Source: Pirellulales bacterium (lineage in GTDB: Bacteria > Planctomycetota > Planctomycetia > Pirellulales > UBA1268). From it: a DNA stretch of 64,000 nt. The notes below the pieces were generated by a model. It made no database searches, was not told the origin of the DNA, and saw only the letters and a list, made by a program, of their open reading frames with translations. Location of the stretch: contig JADHSL010000005.1 of NCBI GenBank assembly GCA_016776925.1, positions 11,916 to 75,915 of the forward strand, written 5' to 3'. Shown piece by piece: positions 20,554 to 31,689 of the stretch (position 1 is the first letter of the stretch; each line of letters starts with the position of its first letter). Both the position numbers and the translations under genes were made by a program.

Positions 20554-21612
20554 GTGCGCACAACACTTTTCTACATACCTACAGAACTCTCCCTCGGTTC
20601 AGCATTCTTGCCGCTCTTTGGATGGGGTGCTTTCTTTTTTGTATGGCTGTTTCTCGGCACCACGGCATTTGTGCTCACCAGTCGACAAAAAGGTTGCCAG
20701 GAGGCCATCAATTTACTCCTCCTACCATTGGCAATAAGTGGTGCTGTGATTGTTTGGGGGCTGCCTGCACTGGACGATGGCCATGGGATTCCTGTGCGCG
20801 GATATGGAACGATGCTCATCGCCGCGGCGGCGGCTGGCACATGGCTGTCGATTATCCGCGGACGAAAAGTGGGTATTGATGCTGACTCAATTATTGCCCT
20901 CGGGCTTGAAGTTTTTCTTGCTGGAATTATCGGCGCGCGAATATTTTTTGTTATTGAATATCATGAACAGTTTTTTTCTCCTGACAAAAACCTGATCCAA
21001 TCGTTTCTTGCGATCATCAACATTCCTGCGGGTGGGCTTGTCGTTTTCGGGGCCTTGCCTACGGCATCATTGGCAGCATGGCTGTTTGCGAGGAGAAGAA
21101 ATATTCCAATTACTCAGCTTGCTGACTGCATTGCTCCGGGCCTCCTCATAGGTCTCTCACTCGGCAGACTCGGCTGTTTTTTAAATGGGTGCTGCTACGG
21201 CGGGCCCTGTGAACTCCCATGGGCCATGCAGTTCCCGGCTGGAAGTCCGCCATGGTTTGATCAGGTCAGTCGAGGATTGATTCCAGGCCCTGGTATTGAT
21301 GGAAGCACCGTGCCTACGCTTCCAATTCACCCAACACAACTTTACGCAGCACTTGATGCAGCTATCTTGGCAGTACTGGCTGTTGCTTTTACACCGTTCG
21401 CGCGCCGGAATGGTGAGGTGTTTGCCCTGGTTGTCACTCTCCATCCGATTTCACGGATTCTGCTTGAGGAAATTCGTATCGATGAACCACCCGCCCTTGG
21501 AACACCACTCTCAATATCTCAATTGATGTCAGTCGTGATTCTGGGCTGTGCGATGGTGTTCTGGTGGTGGATTTCAACGCAACCACAACAGGCAGCTAGA
21601 GACAACGTGTAA
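20554..21612 (+). CDS. lgt: Prolipoprotein diacylglyceryl transferase
   Basis: YG motif, IIGARIFFV, GGLVVFG, GRLGCFLNGCCYG, HPTQLY, E.IR.D; multiple TM segments. Confidence 0.92.
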   Translation: MRTTLFYIPTELSLGSAFLPLFGWGAFFFVWLFLGTTAFVLTSRQKGCQEAINLLLLPLAISGAVIVWGLPALDDGHGIPVRGYGTMLIAAAAAGTWLSIIRGRKVGIDADSIIALGLEVFLAGIIGARIFFVIEYHEQFFSPDKNLIQSFLAIINIPAGGLVVFGALPTASLAAWLFARRRNIPITQLADCIAPGLLIGLSLGRLGCFLNGCCYGGPCELPWAMQFPAGSPPWFDQVSRGLIPGPGIDGSTVPTLPIHPTQLYAALDAAILAVLAVAFTPFARRNGEVFALVVTLHPISRILLEEIRIDEPPALGTPLSISQLMSVVILGCAMVFWWWISTQPQQAARDNV

Positions 21613-21618
21613 GGAACA

Positions 21619-21900
21619 TTGAGTGTGACTCTTCAGAAACCTAAGAAGCCTGTTACCGACCCGCCTGTCGTACGGCTCCGATGTCGAGAAGATGGACCGC
21701 TTGTTGTTGAATTACCGGAGGCTATCGATGGGGTCCCTTCAGTCACCGTACAAATCACCGATCACCACCGAGAGGCATTTACACTCCCCACGAACAAATC
21801 AGTTCTTGCACTGTGTCGTTGTGGAAAATCCGCAAACCGCCCATTTTGTGATGGGAGTCACAAAACTTGTGAATTTCGTGCAAGTGAAACTGCTAGCTAA
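21619..21900 (+). CDS. CDGSH iron-sulfur domain protein
   Basis: DGPL and LCRCGKSANRPFCDGSH. Confidence 0.92.
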   Translation: MSVTLQKPKKPVTDPPVVRLRCREDGPLVVELPEAIDGVPSVTVQITDHHREAFTLPTNKSVLALCRCGKSANRPFCDGSHKTCEFRASETAS

Positions 21901-22269
21901 CCACGTTTCCCTTCGAGCCGAAAAACGAGCCAAATACGCGCTCTGAACCACGCAGAAGGGGGGCGTTTTAACGGCTCTTCCGAGTACCAAGGCTCTTCCG
22001 AACAGGAAAACCTTGCCTAGAAGACGACTCAGACCGAGTCCCTCAGGAAAAAAACAAGCCATTTACGGTGGAAAGATATAGACTCTGAAGAAGAACATGG
22101 TTAATTTTTCATCGTGTCCGTCAGTTCGTTCAGTACTCATACGGTTCAATTGACTGACGCATTGCTTCATCAACCGCCATCCAAGCCGTCAGGCTGGTGA
22201 TGGCGGCGAATGAATACCGACCGTCGTCATTCCCAGTATTGTCCCCTCAATAGGTTCACTTGAGCCCAT

Positions 22270-24822
22270 ATGTCTCAACGACCCGGATTTTACGAGCGAT
22301 ACAGCGTTTGGATTCTCGCTATCCTTGTCTTTTTGCTTCCCATGGTGGTTGTGGGCGCTATCAAGGCCAAAGGCAATAATCGTAATGACGTAAAGGGATG
22401 GCTGCCTCTGGAGTACCCAGAGACCAAGACGTATCGCTTCTTTCGTGAGAATTTCCAGGGTGAAGAATTCATTCTCGTGAGCTGGGATGGCTGCACGATG
22501 GATGATCCACGGCTTGAACTACTAGCCAGGAAGTTGCTGCCGCCTCCTGAAGAGGCCTCCCGAATTAGTCGAACAATCTTTTTCAAAACAGCTCAGACTG
22601 GCCCCCGGGCTGTTGAGCAGATGACTGAAGAGCCGCTCAATCTTGATCCTGAAGAAGCGGTAGACAGGCTCACTGGTGCACTTATCGGTGATATCGATTC
22701 ACCTGATAACCAGACCGCCGAAGATGACAGTACTGACACTTTGACAGAGGCAGAATTAGATGACCTTCAAACGTGTCTTGTCCTGACGCTGTCCGATGCA
22801 GCTCGAGCAAACCTCCATGGTGCAATTGACACAATAAAAATTGTTGCGGTCGAAGAGTGTGGTATTCCGGAAGAAACGATCCACATGGGTGGGCCACCCG
22901 TTGACAATGTATCAATTGATCGCGCGGGGCAGACCAGTGTCACGCTACTCTTTGGCCTTTCGCTTGTTGTTGGCTTCTTTGTTAGCTGGTGGAGCCTCAA
23001 AAGCAAAATGCTCGTCGGGCTTGTACTTGCTTCGGGCGTTTACAGCATGTTCGCGAGTCTTGCGATCGTGTGGTATTCAGGATATCCCGTTGATGCCATC
23101 CTGCTCACGATGCCCTCTCTTGTCTACGTTGCAACAACGAGTGGTGCAATCCACCTTGCCAACTATTACCGCGATCAGTTGGCTGAAACAGGAGTGCTTA
23201 AGGGGGCTGCTGGTGCTTCGGTACGTCATGCCCTCCTACCACTTTCTTTAGCTACGGGTACCACAGCCGTAGGACTGGCGACACTCGCTGTGAGTGTACT
23301 TGTACCGATCAAAATGTTTGGCATCTTTTCAGCAATCGGTGTTGTTGTGAGTTTCATCATTTTGATTACGTTGATACCTGCGTGCCTTGAACTTTTCCCA
23401 CCAAAACTTCGTCTCGGTGCAGCAGGCAGTGAAGAAGACGGTGACTCGTGGCGTCCTATTGAAGAGAGTCCGTGGTGGGGTGTTGGTGAATGGATCACAC
23501 GACACAACGTTTCAGTCGCCACAATTTGTCTCCTCGTCATGGCAGGCATTGGCTATGGCATGACCCGTGTAGAAAGTAGCGTTCAGCTCATGAGGCTATT
23601 TTCGCCTCAGGCTCGAATTCGACAGGACTATCGTTGGCTTGAGAAAAAACTTGGGCCACTCGTTCCAATGGAAATACTCATTCGCTGTGATCAAGAAAAG
23701 TGTGATCTCAATTTCCTGGAACGAATGGAACTCGTAGATGAAATACAGCGGGAGATTGGTGAACTCGGTGAGGTAGGTAGTTCTCTCTCGACCGTCACCT
23801 TTGGCCGGAGTCTTGACGTCGGTGGTGGCGGAATTGGTGGCGCTGCAGGCCGTGTATTCGGCCTGAATGCGCGAACACGACGGAGCGTTCTCAACAGAAG
23901 ACTTGTCGCCCATCGTGATGAATTTCTTGATGGTGACTATCTGCGTGAAGCAAAGGTAGTAAGTGACGAAGGAACTCGTGATCAGGAACTGTGGAGAATT
24001 AGTGCTCGTGTCAGTGCGACTAAAGAAGTCGACTACGCGGAGTTCAAGCGTGACCTCCAGTCAAAAATCGACCCGATTCTGGCCAGCTACAAATCTGACG
24101 GCACGCACGGAATTTCTGTCGACTACACTGGTCTTGTACCACTGGTCTACAAAGCACAACATTCCTTGCTCGACGGGCTTATTGCTGGCTTCATTAGTGA
24201 CTTTGCAATAATTGTTCTGGTCATGGTGCTTCTTTGCCGGGCTGCCTCCGCGGGGCTCGTGCTTCTACTTCCTGCTGCCTTTCCTGCTGTTGTTGTCTTC
24301 GGAGGAATGGGTTGGGGGAATGCGCTTCTAAAGAGTTTCGGAACAGGAAACCTTCTTATCGATATCGGCACCGTAATGGCTCCTTGCGTTGCACTCGGTG
24401 TTACCGTTGACGATGTTGTTCATTTCATGCTTTGGTTCAGACGTGGTATTTCTGATGGTATGGACCGTAAACAAGCAACTATGCTGGCCTACAAAGGGTG
24501 TGCTCGAGCGATGTATCAAAGCTGGGGTGTCATTGGTATTGGCCTGTCAGTCTTTTCGCTCTCACCGTTTGGGCCGACACAGCGATTCGGTCATATGATG
24601 CTCGCCATGCTCACTGTTGCATTGGTTGGAAACCTTGTGTTGCTTCCAGCACTCTTGGCCGGGCCACTTGGTGATATTTTTGGATGGAGTGTACTTCGTC
24701 TGAATCGCAAAAGGTCAGAAAAGCAGGATCAACGCCGGGTGAGGACTGAGGCTGGAACAGATGCTCTTCCACAGCCTCACGTGTTGCCTGAACCGGCGAC
24801 GAAGCAGGTTGTTCATGCCTGA
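22270..24822 (+). CDS. MMPL/RND-family membrane transporter
   Basis: Two repeats of 1 TM + periplasmic loop + 5 TM; TTAVGL, GVTVDDVVHF, LVLLPALL. Confidence 0.85.
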   Translation: MSQRPGFYERYSVWILAILVFLLPMVVVGAIKAKGNNRNDVKGWLPLEYPETKTYRFFRENFQGEEFILVSWDGCTMDDPRLELLARKLLPPPEEASRISRTIFFKTAQTGPRAVEQMTEEPLNLDPEEAVDRLTGALIGDIDSPDNQTAEDDSTDTLTEAELDDLQTCLVLTLSDAARANLHGAIDTIKIVAVEECGIPEETIHMGGPPVDNVSIDRAGQTSVTLLFGLSLVVGFFVSWWSLKSKMLVGLVLASGVYSMFASLAIVWYSGYPVDAILLTMPSLVYVATTSGAIHLANYYRDQLAETGVLKGAAGASVRHALLPLSLATGTTAVGLATLAVSVLVPIKMFGIFSAIGVVVSFIILITLIPACLELFPPKLRLGAAGSEEDGDSWRPIEESPWWGVGEWITRHNVSVATICLLVMAGIGYGMTRVESSVQLMRLFSPQARIRQDYRWLEKKLGPLVPMEILIRCDQEKCDLNFLERMELVDEIQREIGELGEVGSSLSTVTFGRSLDVGGGGIGGAAGRVFGLNARTRRSVLNRRLVAHRDEFLDGDYLREAKVVSDEGTRDQELWRISARVSATKEVDYAEFKRDLQSKIDPILASYKSDGTHGISVDYTGLVPLVYKAQHSLLDGLIAGFISDFAIIVLVMVLLCRAASAGLVLLLPAAFPAVVVFGGMGWGNALLKSFGTGNLLIDIGTVMAPCVALGVTVDDVVHFMLWFRRGISDGMDRKQATMLAYKGCARAMYQSWGVIGIGLSVFSLSPFGPTQRFGHMMLAMLTVALVGNLVLLPALLAGPLGDIFGWSVLRLNRKRSEKQDQRRVRTEAGTDALPQPHVLPEPATKQVVHA

Positions 24823-26038
24823 GAATGACGTGGCTTCAGGGGCACTTTCAGAGGCCACTGTCTTTATTAAGCCAAAGCGTGCTCGCCCATTTTTCGGCCG
24901 TCATCCATGGGTCCTTGATTCGGCGGTGCTGCGTGTTCACGGTGAACCCACTGATGGAGCCGTGGTCGATGTTGTGACGCACGATGGCAACTTCATTGCC
25001 CGAGGCCTATGGAATGCATCAAGCCGAATTCGTGTTCGATTGTATTCCTTTGTACAGGACCAAGCTCTTGATGAAGTATTCTGGAATGCTCGTATCGAAA
25101 ATGCAGTTGGCTTACGACAACAACTCGGCCTTCTTTCCAAAAAGACTGGCTGCCGGCTCATAAACAGTGAAGGCGATAGTCTCTCTGGCATCATTGTCGA
25201 TCAATATGGCTCCTACCTCGCTTTACAAGTGACAGCCCTCGCAATGGCTGAACGGATCGACATGATCTGCGATAGCCTTGAACGCCTTGTACAACCAAAA
25301 GGTATCTTGCTTCGTGGCGCCGAACGAGGGCTGGGGAAACTTGAGGGGCTTCATTTGCCTGATCGACTGCTCCGTGGTGAATCACCTGTTGGACCAATCT
25401 TTGTTGAGGAACATGGCCTTCGCTTTGGTGTCGATCTTACCGAGGGACAAAAGACTGGCTATTACCTGGATCAAAAAGAAAACCGACAAGCTGCAGCGGC
25501 CTATGCTGCCGGGCGGCGAGTCCTTGATATGTTCTGCTACTCCGGAGGTTTTGGAGTAGCGAGTGCCGTTTCTGGAAAAGCTAGTTCAGTTCTTTCTGTT
25601 GATTCAAGCATCAAAGCGATTTCACTGGTACGGGCAAATGCAGAACTTAACAATGCAACAACAATGACGGTTGAGCAGGCCGATGCATTTGAAAAGCTCG
25701 CTTCTCTTGAAGAAGAGAATGCACAGTTTGGCATGGTCGTACTTGATCCACCAAAGTTTGCCCGCAGTCGAGCATCTGCCTCTGACGCGCTTCGAGCATA
25801 TCACCGAATAAATCGTCTTGGTGTCGATCTCCTTGAACCTGGTGGAGTTCTGGTAACGTGCAGTTGTTCTGGAGCGATCGCCCGTGATGACTTTCTCATG
25901 ATGCTTTCAGCAGTAGCCCAACGAAGCGGTCGAACACTACAGCTTCTCGAGTACCGCGGCGCTGCTCCTGACCACCCGGTCAACCTCCACTGCCTGGAGG
26001 GTGAATATTTAAAGTGCGTTATCGCTCGAGTGCACTAA
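24815..26038 (+). CDS. rlmI: RlmI-like class I SAM-dependent rRNA methyltransferase
   Basis: HPWV PUA-like start, SEGDSLSG, GQKTGYYLDQ, VLDMFCYSGGF, LDPPKFA, DHP...YLK. Overlaps the MMPL stop codon. Confidence 0.85.
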   Translation: MPENDVASGALSEATVFIKPKRARPFFGRHPWVLDSAVLRVHGEPTDGAVVDVVTHDGNFIARGLWNASSRIRVRLYSFVQDQALDEVFWNARIENAVGLRQQLGLLSKKTGCRLINSEGDSLSGIIVDQYGSYLALQVTALAMAERIDMICDSLERLVQPKGILLRGAERGLGKLEGLHLPDRLLRGESPVGPIFVEEHGLRFGVDLTEGQKTGYYLDQKENRQAAAAYAAGRRVLDMFCYSGGFGVASAVSGKASSVLSVDSSIKAISLVRANAELNNATTMTVEQADAFEKLASLEEENAQFGMVVLDPPKFARSRASASDALRAYHRINRLGVDLLEPGGVLVTCSCSGAIARDDFLMMLSAVAQRSGRTLQLLEYRGAAPDHPVNLHCLEGEYLKCVIARVH

Positions 26039-26065
26039 GACAGGACAGTGACGTCCTACGTGACT

Positions 26066-26380
26066 TCAAACCTTCTTGATCCTGGTAAACTCGTCGATCG
26101 TAACGGTCGTTAACTCCCCGTCATCTCTGGCAAGGATGAGCACATCACTATAAACCTTGTCGTCGGCATTTCGCCGAAAATGAAGTCCGTGCCGACGCCG
26201 CTCCCGCCGCAATACCTTTCCGACAGTAGTCGTACTCCACGTGGCACTTGAGCCAACAGTCACGCCATGGATTACCTCGACCCGATCTCCAGGCTTCAGG
26301 CCGTCATACACTTCACGTAATTCCTGCTCTGCTGTATTCATACTCGTAACCCTAGCTGGTAGTAGCACGGACCGGACCAT
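26066..26380 (-). CDS. Small hypothetical protein (beta-rich)
   Basis: 104-aa ORF co-oriented just downstream of ilvC with protein-like composition (LKPGDRVEV, HGLHFRRNADDKVYSD). Start may be Met14. Confidence 0.6.
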   Translation of the reverse strand: MVRSVLLPARVTSMNTAEQELREVYDGLKPGDRVEVIHGVTVGSSATWSTTTVGKVLRRERRRHGLHFRRNADDKVYSDVLILARDDGELTTVTIDEFTRIKKV

Positions 26381-26419
26381 TTCATGTCGGTCCTGTTCAT
26401 CAGAATCTACCGAATTGAA

Positions 26420-27424
26420 TCAAACTTCTTTTGAATCAATCCATTTCATCATCTTCCTCAAATGGCGACCCGTTTCAGTCAACTTATGTTCCCGTTCACG
26501 ACGACGCGTTGCCTTGAACATGGCGGCTCCGGCTCGATTTTCAAGAATCCAGTCTCTTGCGAATTCACCAGCTTGAATCTCTTCAAGAATCTTCTTCATT
26601 TCAGCTCGTGTTTCATCAGTAATCACACGATTTCCTCGAGTGTAGTCACCGTATTCTGCTGTATTGGAAACACTGTATCTCATGTATTCCAAACCACCCT
26701 GATAAAGAAGATCGACGATTAATTTCATCTCGTGAAGACACTCAAAATACGCCATCTCAGGCTGATAGCCTGCTTCTACCAATGTATCAAAGCCAGCTTT
26801 AATCAGTTCTGATACACCTCCACAGAGAACCGCCTGTTCACCGAACAGATCGGTTTCAGTTTCTTCCGCGATGGTCGTCTCTATAACACCACCACGAGTG
26901 CCGCCAACGCCTTTCGCATAGGCCAGCCCAATCTTTTTTGTCTCTTCTGAAGCTCCTTCACCGAGTGCAATAAGACAGGGAACACCACCACCTTTTTCGT
27001 ACTCACTTCGAACCAGATGACCAGGGCCTTTCGGCGCAACCAGCAGAATATCATGGCCGGGAGGAGGTTCAACTTGATTGAAGTGAAAATTAAATCCATG
27101 ACTCGCCATAAGAACCGCACCGGCCTTAAGGTTTGGCTTAATTGAGGTCTTGTAGACATCACCCTGCAACTCATCTGGCAAAAGAATATTTACAACATCT
27201 GCCTGCTTCACTGCCTCTTCCACAGAGAGTGGATCAAAGCCATGACTTTTGGCGAGATCGAAATTCGGTCCACCGGGACGTTGTGCAACAACGACGTTTA
27301 GGCCACTGTCACGAAGATTCTGTGCCTGAGCATGACCCTGACTTCCATAACCAATGACGGCTATTGTTTTGCCTGAGAGAACGGCCAAATCGGCATCAGA
27401 ATCGTAATAAATTGTGGCTGGCAC
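26420..27424 (-). CDS. ilvC: Ketol-acid reductoisomerase
   Basis: [56 protein letters not shown]. Confidence 0.98.
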   Translation of the reverse strand: MPATIYYDSDADLAVLSGKTIAVIGYGSQGHAQAQNLRDSGLNVVVAQRPGGPNFDLAKSHGFDPLSVEEAVKQADVVNILLPDELQGDVYKTSIKPNLKAGAVLMASHGFNFHFNQVEPPPGHDILLVAPKGPGHLVRSEYEKGGGVPCLIALGEGASEETKKIGLAYAKGVGGTRGGVIETTIAEETETDLFGEQAVLCGGVSELIKAGFDTLVEAGYQPEMAYFECLHEMKLIVDLLYQGGLEYMRYSVSNTAEYGDYTRGNRVITDETRAEMKKILEEIQAGEFARDWILENRAGAAMFKATRRREREHKLTETGRHLRKMMKWIDSKEV

Positions 27425-27530
27425 GGGGGGCTCCTTTTGAACCAGAGTAAAATCGAAAGTTTAGTTTGTACGGTATTTGTGACATCTAAGAACCCTCATT
27501 CTTCGATGACGAGCAGGTTCTTAAGATACA

Positions 27531-28061
27531 TTAACTGGCGTCCGCTGACTCCGTATCGGACTGGTCGCAACTTGGGCTACTACCTCGGACCATTGCAATC
27601 CTGCCTGTTCGAACCAACTCAAGAATGCCCAATGGACGAATCATATCGACAAAGGCTTCAATTTTATTTTCAGTCCCAGAAATCTCAACAATTACGCTGT
27701 CAGCAGCAACGTCAACAACTCGTCCACGAAATATTTCTGCCAAACCCCTGACGTTCGAGCGATCCTGTCCAGCCGAAGCAGATACTTTTACAAGCATCAG
27801 ATCGCGTTCGACATAATTTCTTGAACTTATGTCATCAACGCTCACCACTGTGACAATTTTTTCAAGTTGCCGCCGAACCTGTTCCTGAACTCTATTGTCA
27901 CCTCGCAGCACAAAAGTCATTCGCGAAAAACCGGGATTATCAGTCTCCCCAACTGCAAGGCTATCAATGTTATAGCCACGGGAAGCAAGCATTCCCGAGA
28001 TGTGGGCAAGTACACCAGGAACATTCTGAACGGTTGCAGAAAGAACGTGTCGCATCAGCAT
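27531..28061 (-). CDS. ilvN: Acetolactate synthase small (regulatory) subunit
   Basis: [30 protein letters not shown] domain, [19 protein letters not shown]. Confidence 0.95.
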   Translation of the reverse strand: MLMRHVLSATVQNVPGVLAHISGMLASRGYNIDSLAVGETDNPGFSRMTFVLRGDNRVQEQVRRQLEKIVTVVSVDDISSRNYVERDLMLVKVSASAGQDRSNVRGLAEIFRGRVVDVAADSVIVEISGTENKIEAFVDMIRPLGILELVRTGRIAMVRGSSPSCDQSDTESADAS

Positions 28062-28224
28062 GGCCTCAGCCTGGGAGTGCCATGCCGGCCTGCTGGCGTC
28101 TACCCTACGGGTGAAAATTGAGTATTTGACCGAATTGCTCAGTCTAATTTCGATCATAGGCCGAATTCAAGCCACTTCCTTCATGAAAGCGTGCCGTCTG
28201 GAACTCAGCCAAAGCTCTAATGGA

Positions 28225-28253
28225 TTGACAAATGACAGAAAACACCGATATTT
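28225..28253 (+). promoter_or_regulatory. Candidate sigma70 promoter for rpsB-tsf-pyrH-frr
   Basis: Perfect TTGACA at 28225-28230 and a weak -10 (GATATT/ATATTT) 16-17 nt downstream, about 100 nt before rpsB. Confidence 0.4.
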
Positions 28254-28353
28254 GCAGTACTCGCCGGATTTCATTATTGAATTTTGGCCAGTCGTACCAC
28301 CCAATGCTGGTGTACGGATTTCTCAGATACCAACAGAAAGTGAACCTCTTACC

Positions 28354-29154
28354 GTGTCGAATGTCCTCGCTCAAGAATTAATCGAAGCTGGTGTCCACTT
28401 TGGCCATCGCTCGAGTCGCTGGAATCCAAAAATGCGGCCCTACATATTTGGCCGCAAAAACCTTATTCACATCATTGACGTCCGCGAAACAATTCGTGGT
28501 CTTTTACGTGGTAAGAAGTACCTGAAGCAAGTTGCTGCAACAGGCAGCCTTGTTTTGTTCGTTGGAACAAAACGACAAGGACAAGAAGCCATTGCACGTG
28601 AAGCCAATCGCTGTGGAATGCCCTACGTAAGTGAGCGATGGCTTGGTGGCACACTGACTAATTTCCGAACGATTCGTAATCGATTGGCTCGGCTTGAGGA
28701 ACTGGAGGAATTACTTCCTTCTGATGCCTTCCATAACTATTCCAAGAAAATGCAGTCTTCGTTGCGACGAGAGCACAGAAAAATGCTCCGTAATCTTGGT
28801 GGTATTCGCACACTTTCCCGACTACCAGAATGTCTGGTTATCTTTGATCCAAAGAAAGAAAAGAACGCGATCAATGAAGCTCGAAAGATGGGAATCACGA
28901 CCGTCGCTCTTATTGATACCGATTGCGACCCGGACGTCGTTGATCTTCCTATTCCTGGTAATGATGATTCCATTCGCTCAATCGAACTCGTCGCTTCTCG
29001 GCTGGCTGATGCCATCCTCGAAGGCAAGGCGGACGTCGCGGAGAAAAAACAGTCAAAGGATGAGGGTGCCAGTTCGGAAACCAAACCTGCGAAGCCTGCA
29101 CCAAAAGCTCGCGGGAATGTCACACCACCTTCTCCAAATCCTGCAAAAACCTGA
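28354..29154 (+). CDS. rpsB: 30S ribosomal protein S2
   Basis: [49 protein letters not shown] start. Confidence 0.97.
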   Translation: MSNVLAQELIEAGVHFGHRSSRWNPKMRPYIFGRKNLIHIIDVRETIRGLLRGKKYLKQVAATGSLVLFVGTKRQGQEAIAREANRCGMPYVSERWLGGTLTNFRTIRNRLARLEELEELLPSDAFHNYSKKMQSSLRREHRKMLRNLGGIRTLSRLPECLVIFDPKKEKNAINEARKMGITTVALIDTDCDPDVVDLPIPGNDDSIRSIELVASRLADAILEGKADVAEKKQSKDEGASSETKPAKPAPKARGNVTPPSPNPAKT

Positions 29155-29156
29155 CC

Positions 29157-29188
29157 CACGAGACCGCGTAACCGGTCTTGTGCTTTTG
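29157..29188 (+). terminator. Hairpin/attenuator-like terminator between rpsB and tsf
   Basis: CACGAGACCG-cgtaac-CGGTCTTGTG (10-bp stem including one G:U) followed by CTTTTG. Confidence 0.55.
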
Positions 29189-29303
29189 TAGCTACAAGAG
29201 GACGTGTGTACTCGGTTCCGAACGTCACACCACACTCCTTCGACGAGTCGACTCATTTTGCTTTTCAACACAATCTCTCACACGACATGAGGACTTAAGA
29301 ATA

Positions 29304-30152
29304 ATGGCAGCAGTCACAGCCGCCGCAGTAATGGCACTGCGAGAAAAAACCGGTTTACCAATGATGGAGTGCAAAAAAGCACTTACTGAATGTGGTGGCG
29401 ATACAGAACAAGCCGTTGAATGGCTGAGAAAACAAGGCGTCAAAACGCAAGCGATGCGAGCTGATCGTGAAACTTCGATGGGCCGGCTTGCCATCTATAC
29501 TGACCTTGAAAAGGGTGTTGGGACTCTTGTCGAACTAAAATGTGAAAGTGCACCAGTAGCGGGCAGTCCTGATTTCATGGATTTCGTGAATGATATAGCG
29601 AAGACACTTGCTCTTGGATCTGGTGCCAATTCGCCAGAAGAACTCCTGGCCCAAAAAAGCCAAGCGCATCCTGATAAGACCCTTGGAGAGATCAAGGACG
29701 ATCTATTCAATCGAATGCGAGAAGTTTTTGAACTCTCTCGAATCTGCCGTATCGATGCTCCCTGTGGCGGATACGCCCATCATGATGGCTCAAAGGCAGC
29801 TCTTGTTGAGATCGCTGGTGAAACGGCTGGCCCACAAGCAGCAGAAGTTGCGAAGGACGTAGCAATGCATATTGTGGCACTCTCGCCGAAAGCGATTGTT
29901 AAAGAGGATCTGGATCAAGCAGTTGTTGATAAAGAACGTGAGATTCTGACAGAGGCTGCAAAGCAGGAAGGGAAGCCAGAAAATATCATTCATAAAATGA
30001 TTGAGGGCCGGCTTCGCAATTTCTTCAGCCAGTGTGTGCTCCTTGAGCAGCCTTTCGTAAAAGACGACAAACAGAGCGTTGGCAAACTCTTGAAGAGTGC
30101 TGGCCTGAGCGTCAAACGAATGGAACATTGGAAAATCGGCAGTGGAGATTAA
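29304..30152 (+). CDS. tsf: Elongation factor Ts
   Basis: LREKTGLPMMECKKAL, ELKCES, AMHIVA, GKPENII.KMIEGRL, LLEQPFVKD; rpsB-tsf-pyrH-frr synteny. Confidence 0.97.
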   Translation: MAAVTAAAVMALREKTGLPMMECKKALTECGGDTEQAVEWLRKQGVKTQAMRADRETSMGRLAIYTDLEKGVGTLVELKCESAPVAGSPDFMDFVNDIAKTLALGSGANSPEELLAQKSQAHPDKTLGEIKDDLFNRMREVFELSRICRIDAPCGGYAHHDGSKAALVEIAGETAGPQAAEVAKDVAMHIVALSPKAIVKEDLDQAVVDKEREILTEAAKQEGKPENIIHKMIEGRLRNFFSQCVLLEQPFVKDDKQSVGKLLKSAGLSVKRMEHWKIGSGD

Positions 30153-30242
30153 TGTGTCGAGCGAATAGAAACGTGGCTCAACGTTTGATCTACCTCAACT
30201 TCCCCTCGGTTCTGAACATCCATTCAAAGTAAACTACATTTC

Positions 30243-30986
30243 ATGCCATCTGCTCCTTACCGTCGAGTGCTCTTAAAGCTTTCAGGAGAAAGCTTCTCTC
30301 ATGCTGGTGAACGTGGTATTGCGATGGAAGAAGTTCTTCATATCGCGAACCAGACCGTTCAGGCGGCTGCTCGTGGAACACAACTGGCCGTTGTCATCGG
30401 TGGTGGCAACATTCTTCGAGGCGCTTCCTTCACTGCAGGGAACAGTGGTGTCCAGGAAGCAACAGCTCACTACATGGGCATGCTAGCAACCGTGATTAAT
30501 GGCTTGGCACTGCAAGATGCAATCGAAACACTCGGTGTCGAAACTCGCTTGATGACTGCTATTCGAATGGACGGAGTTGCCGAACCATACATTCGCCGCA
30601 GAGCCCGCCATCATCTCGACAAAGGTATCATTGTCATTCTGGCAGCAGGCACTGGGAGTCCATTTGTGACGACTGACACAGCCGCGGCTCAGCGTGCACT
30701 TGAACTGGAAGCGGATATCTTAATGAAAGCGACGCGTGTCGATGGAGTTTATTCAGATGACCCTGAGAAAAACCCTCATGCAGTCCTTTATCGCGATCTT
30801 ACTTTTCAACAAGTTCGAGAACAGAATCTAAGAGTTATGGATGCAACTGCAATCTCACAATGCATGGAACACGACATGCCTATTCTCGTATTTAATTATC
30901 GTAAGGATGGCAATATTGAGCGAGCAGTTGCCGGTGAAAAGTGTGGCACGCTGGTAAGCAGCCGTGCCGAGGCTGCTTCGAGTTAG
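30243..30986 (+). CDS. pyrH: UMP kinase
   Basis: [47 protein letters not shown]. Confidence 0.97.
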   Translation: MPSAPYRRVLLKLSGESFSHAGERGIAMEEVLHIANQTVQAAARGTQLAVVIGGGNILRGASFTAGNSGVQEATAHYMGMLATVINGLALQDAIETLGVETRLMTAIRMDGVAEPYIRRRARHHLDKGIIVILAAGTGSPFVTTDTAAAQRALELEADILMKATRVDGVYSDDPEKNPHAVLYRDLTFQQVREQNLRVMDATAISQCMEHDMPILVFNYRKDGNIERAVAGEKCGTLVSSRAEAASS

Positions 30987-31086
30987 CAAAAGCTTGCTTG
31001 CTGGTGGCAGGAGGGTGACAATCCGTGTCAACAAAAGGCCGTTTATAGAACCAGTTCGTCTTGTTTTGGGGTAAGGAGAAAAGAAA

Positions 31087-31647
31087 ATGGCAGCTGATGA
31101 AATTCTTCTTGGTGCAGAAGAACGGATGGAGAAAGCAGTCGATGTCTTTCGGAACTCACTCACTGGAATTCGTACCGGCCGTGCGAATCCAGGGCTCGTC
31201 GATTCATTACGAGCTGAAGTCTATGGATCACCTACTCCAATCAAATCTCTGGCGAATGTCGGGGCGCCCGAACCAAATCAGATCGTTATTCGACCATTCG
31301 ACCCGGGAACAATTAAGGACATCGAAAAAGCAATTCAGTCAAGTGACCTAGGACTCAATCCTCAGAGTGATGGGAGGGTCATACGTATTATCATTCCATC
31401 ACTTTCGACTGATGTTCGTAAGAAAATGACTGCTCGCATTAAAGAACTTGCAGAAGAAGCCCGTGTCTCAATCCGCAACGTACGACGCGATGCAAACAAG
31501 GCTGCTGACGGTGAAAAAAGTAGTGGCGACATGACAGAAGATGATTGCAACGGCACGAAAGAAGATGTTCAGGATCTTACGAAAAAGTTCGAGGGCCAGG
31601 TAAGCGATCTTGCAAAAGCAAAAGAAACCGAAGTAATGGACGATTAA
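31087..31647 (+). CDS. frr: Ribosome recycling factor
   Basis: IRTGRANP, YGS, AIQSSDLGLNP, RVSIRNVRRDAN. Confidence 0.97.
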   Translation: MAADEILLGAEERMEKAVDVFRNSLTGIRTGRANPGLVDSLRAEVYGSPTPIKSLANVGAPEPNQIVIRPFDPGTIKDIEKAIQSSDLGLNPQSDGRVIRIIIPSLSTDVRKKMTARIKELAEEARVSIRNVRRDANKAADGEKSSGDMTEDDCNGTKEDVQDLTKKFEGQVSDLAKAKETEVMDD

Positions 31648-31689
31648 CTTGCTTCTATTCGGAGAGTTTTGAGTCAGACAAGCACCCAT

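Noticed and set aside
21973-22001. Direct repeat GGCTCTTCCGA twice (18-nt period)
   Set aside because: Only two short copies; it could be an operator, but nothing else supports that.
28062-28230. Branched-chain amino-acid attenuator upstream of ilvN
   Set aside because: No short Leu/Ile/Val-rich leader peptide with a terminator was found. The absence of an adjacent ilvB is unremarkable.
28060-28353. 98-aa N-terminal extension of RpsB (similar extensions for Tsf, IlvN and RlmI)
   Set aside because: Longest-ORF artefacts. The conserved sequence begins at downstream starts, and the extensions overlap promoters or neighbouring genes.
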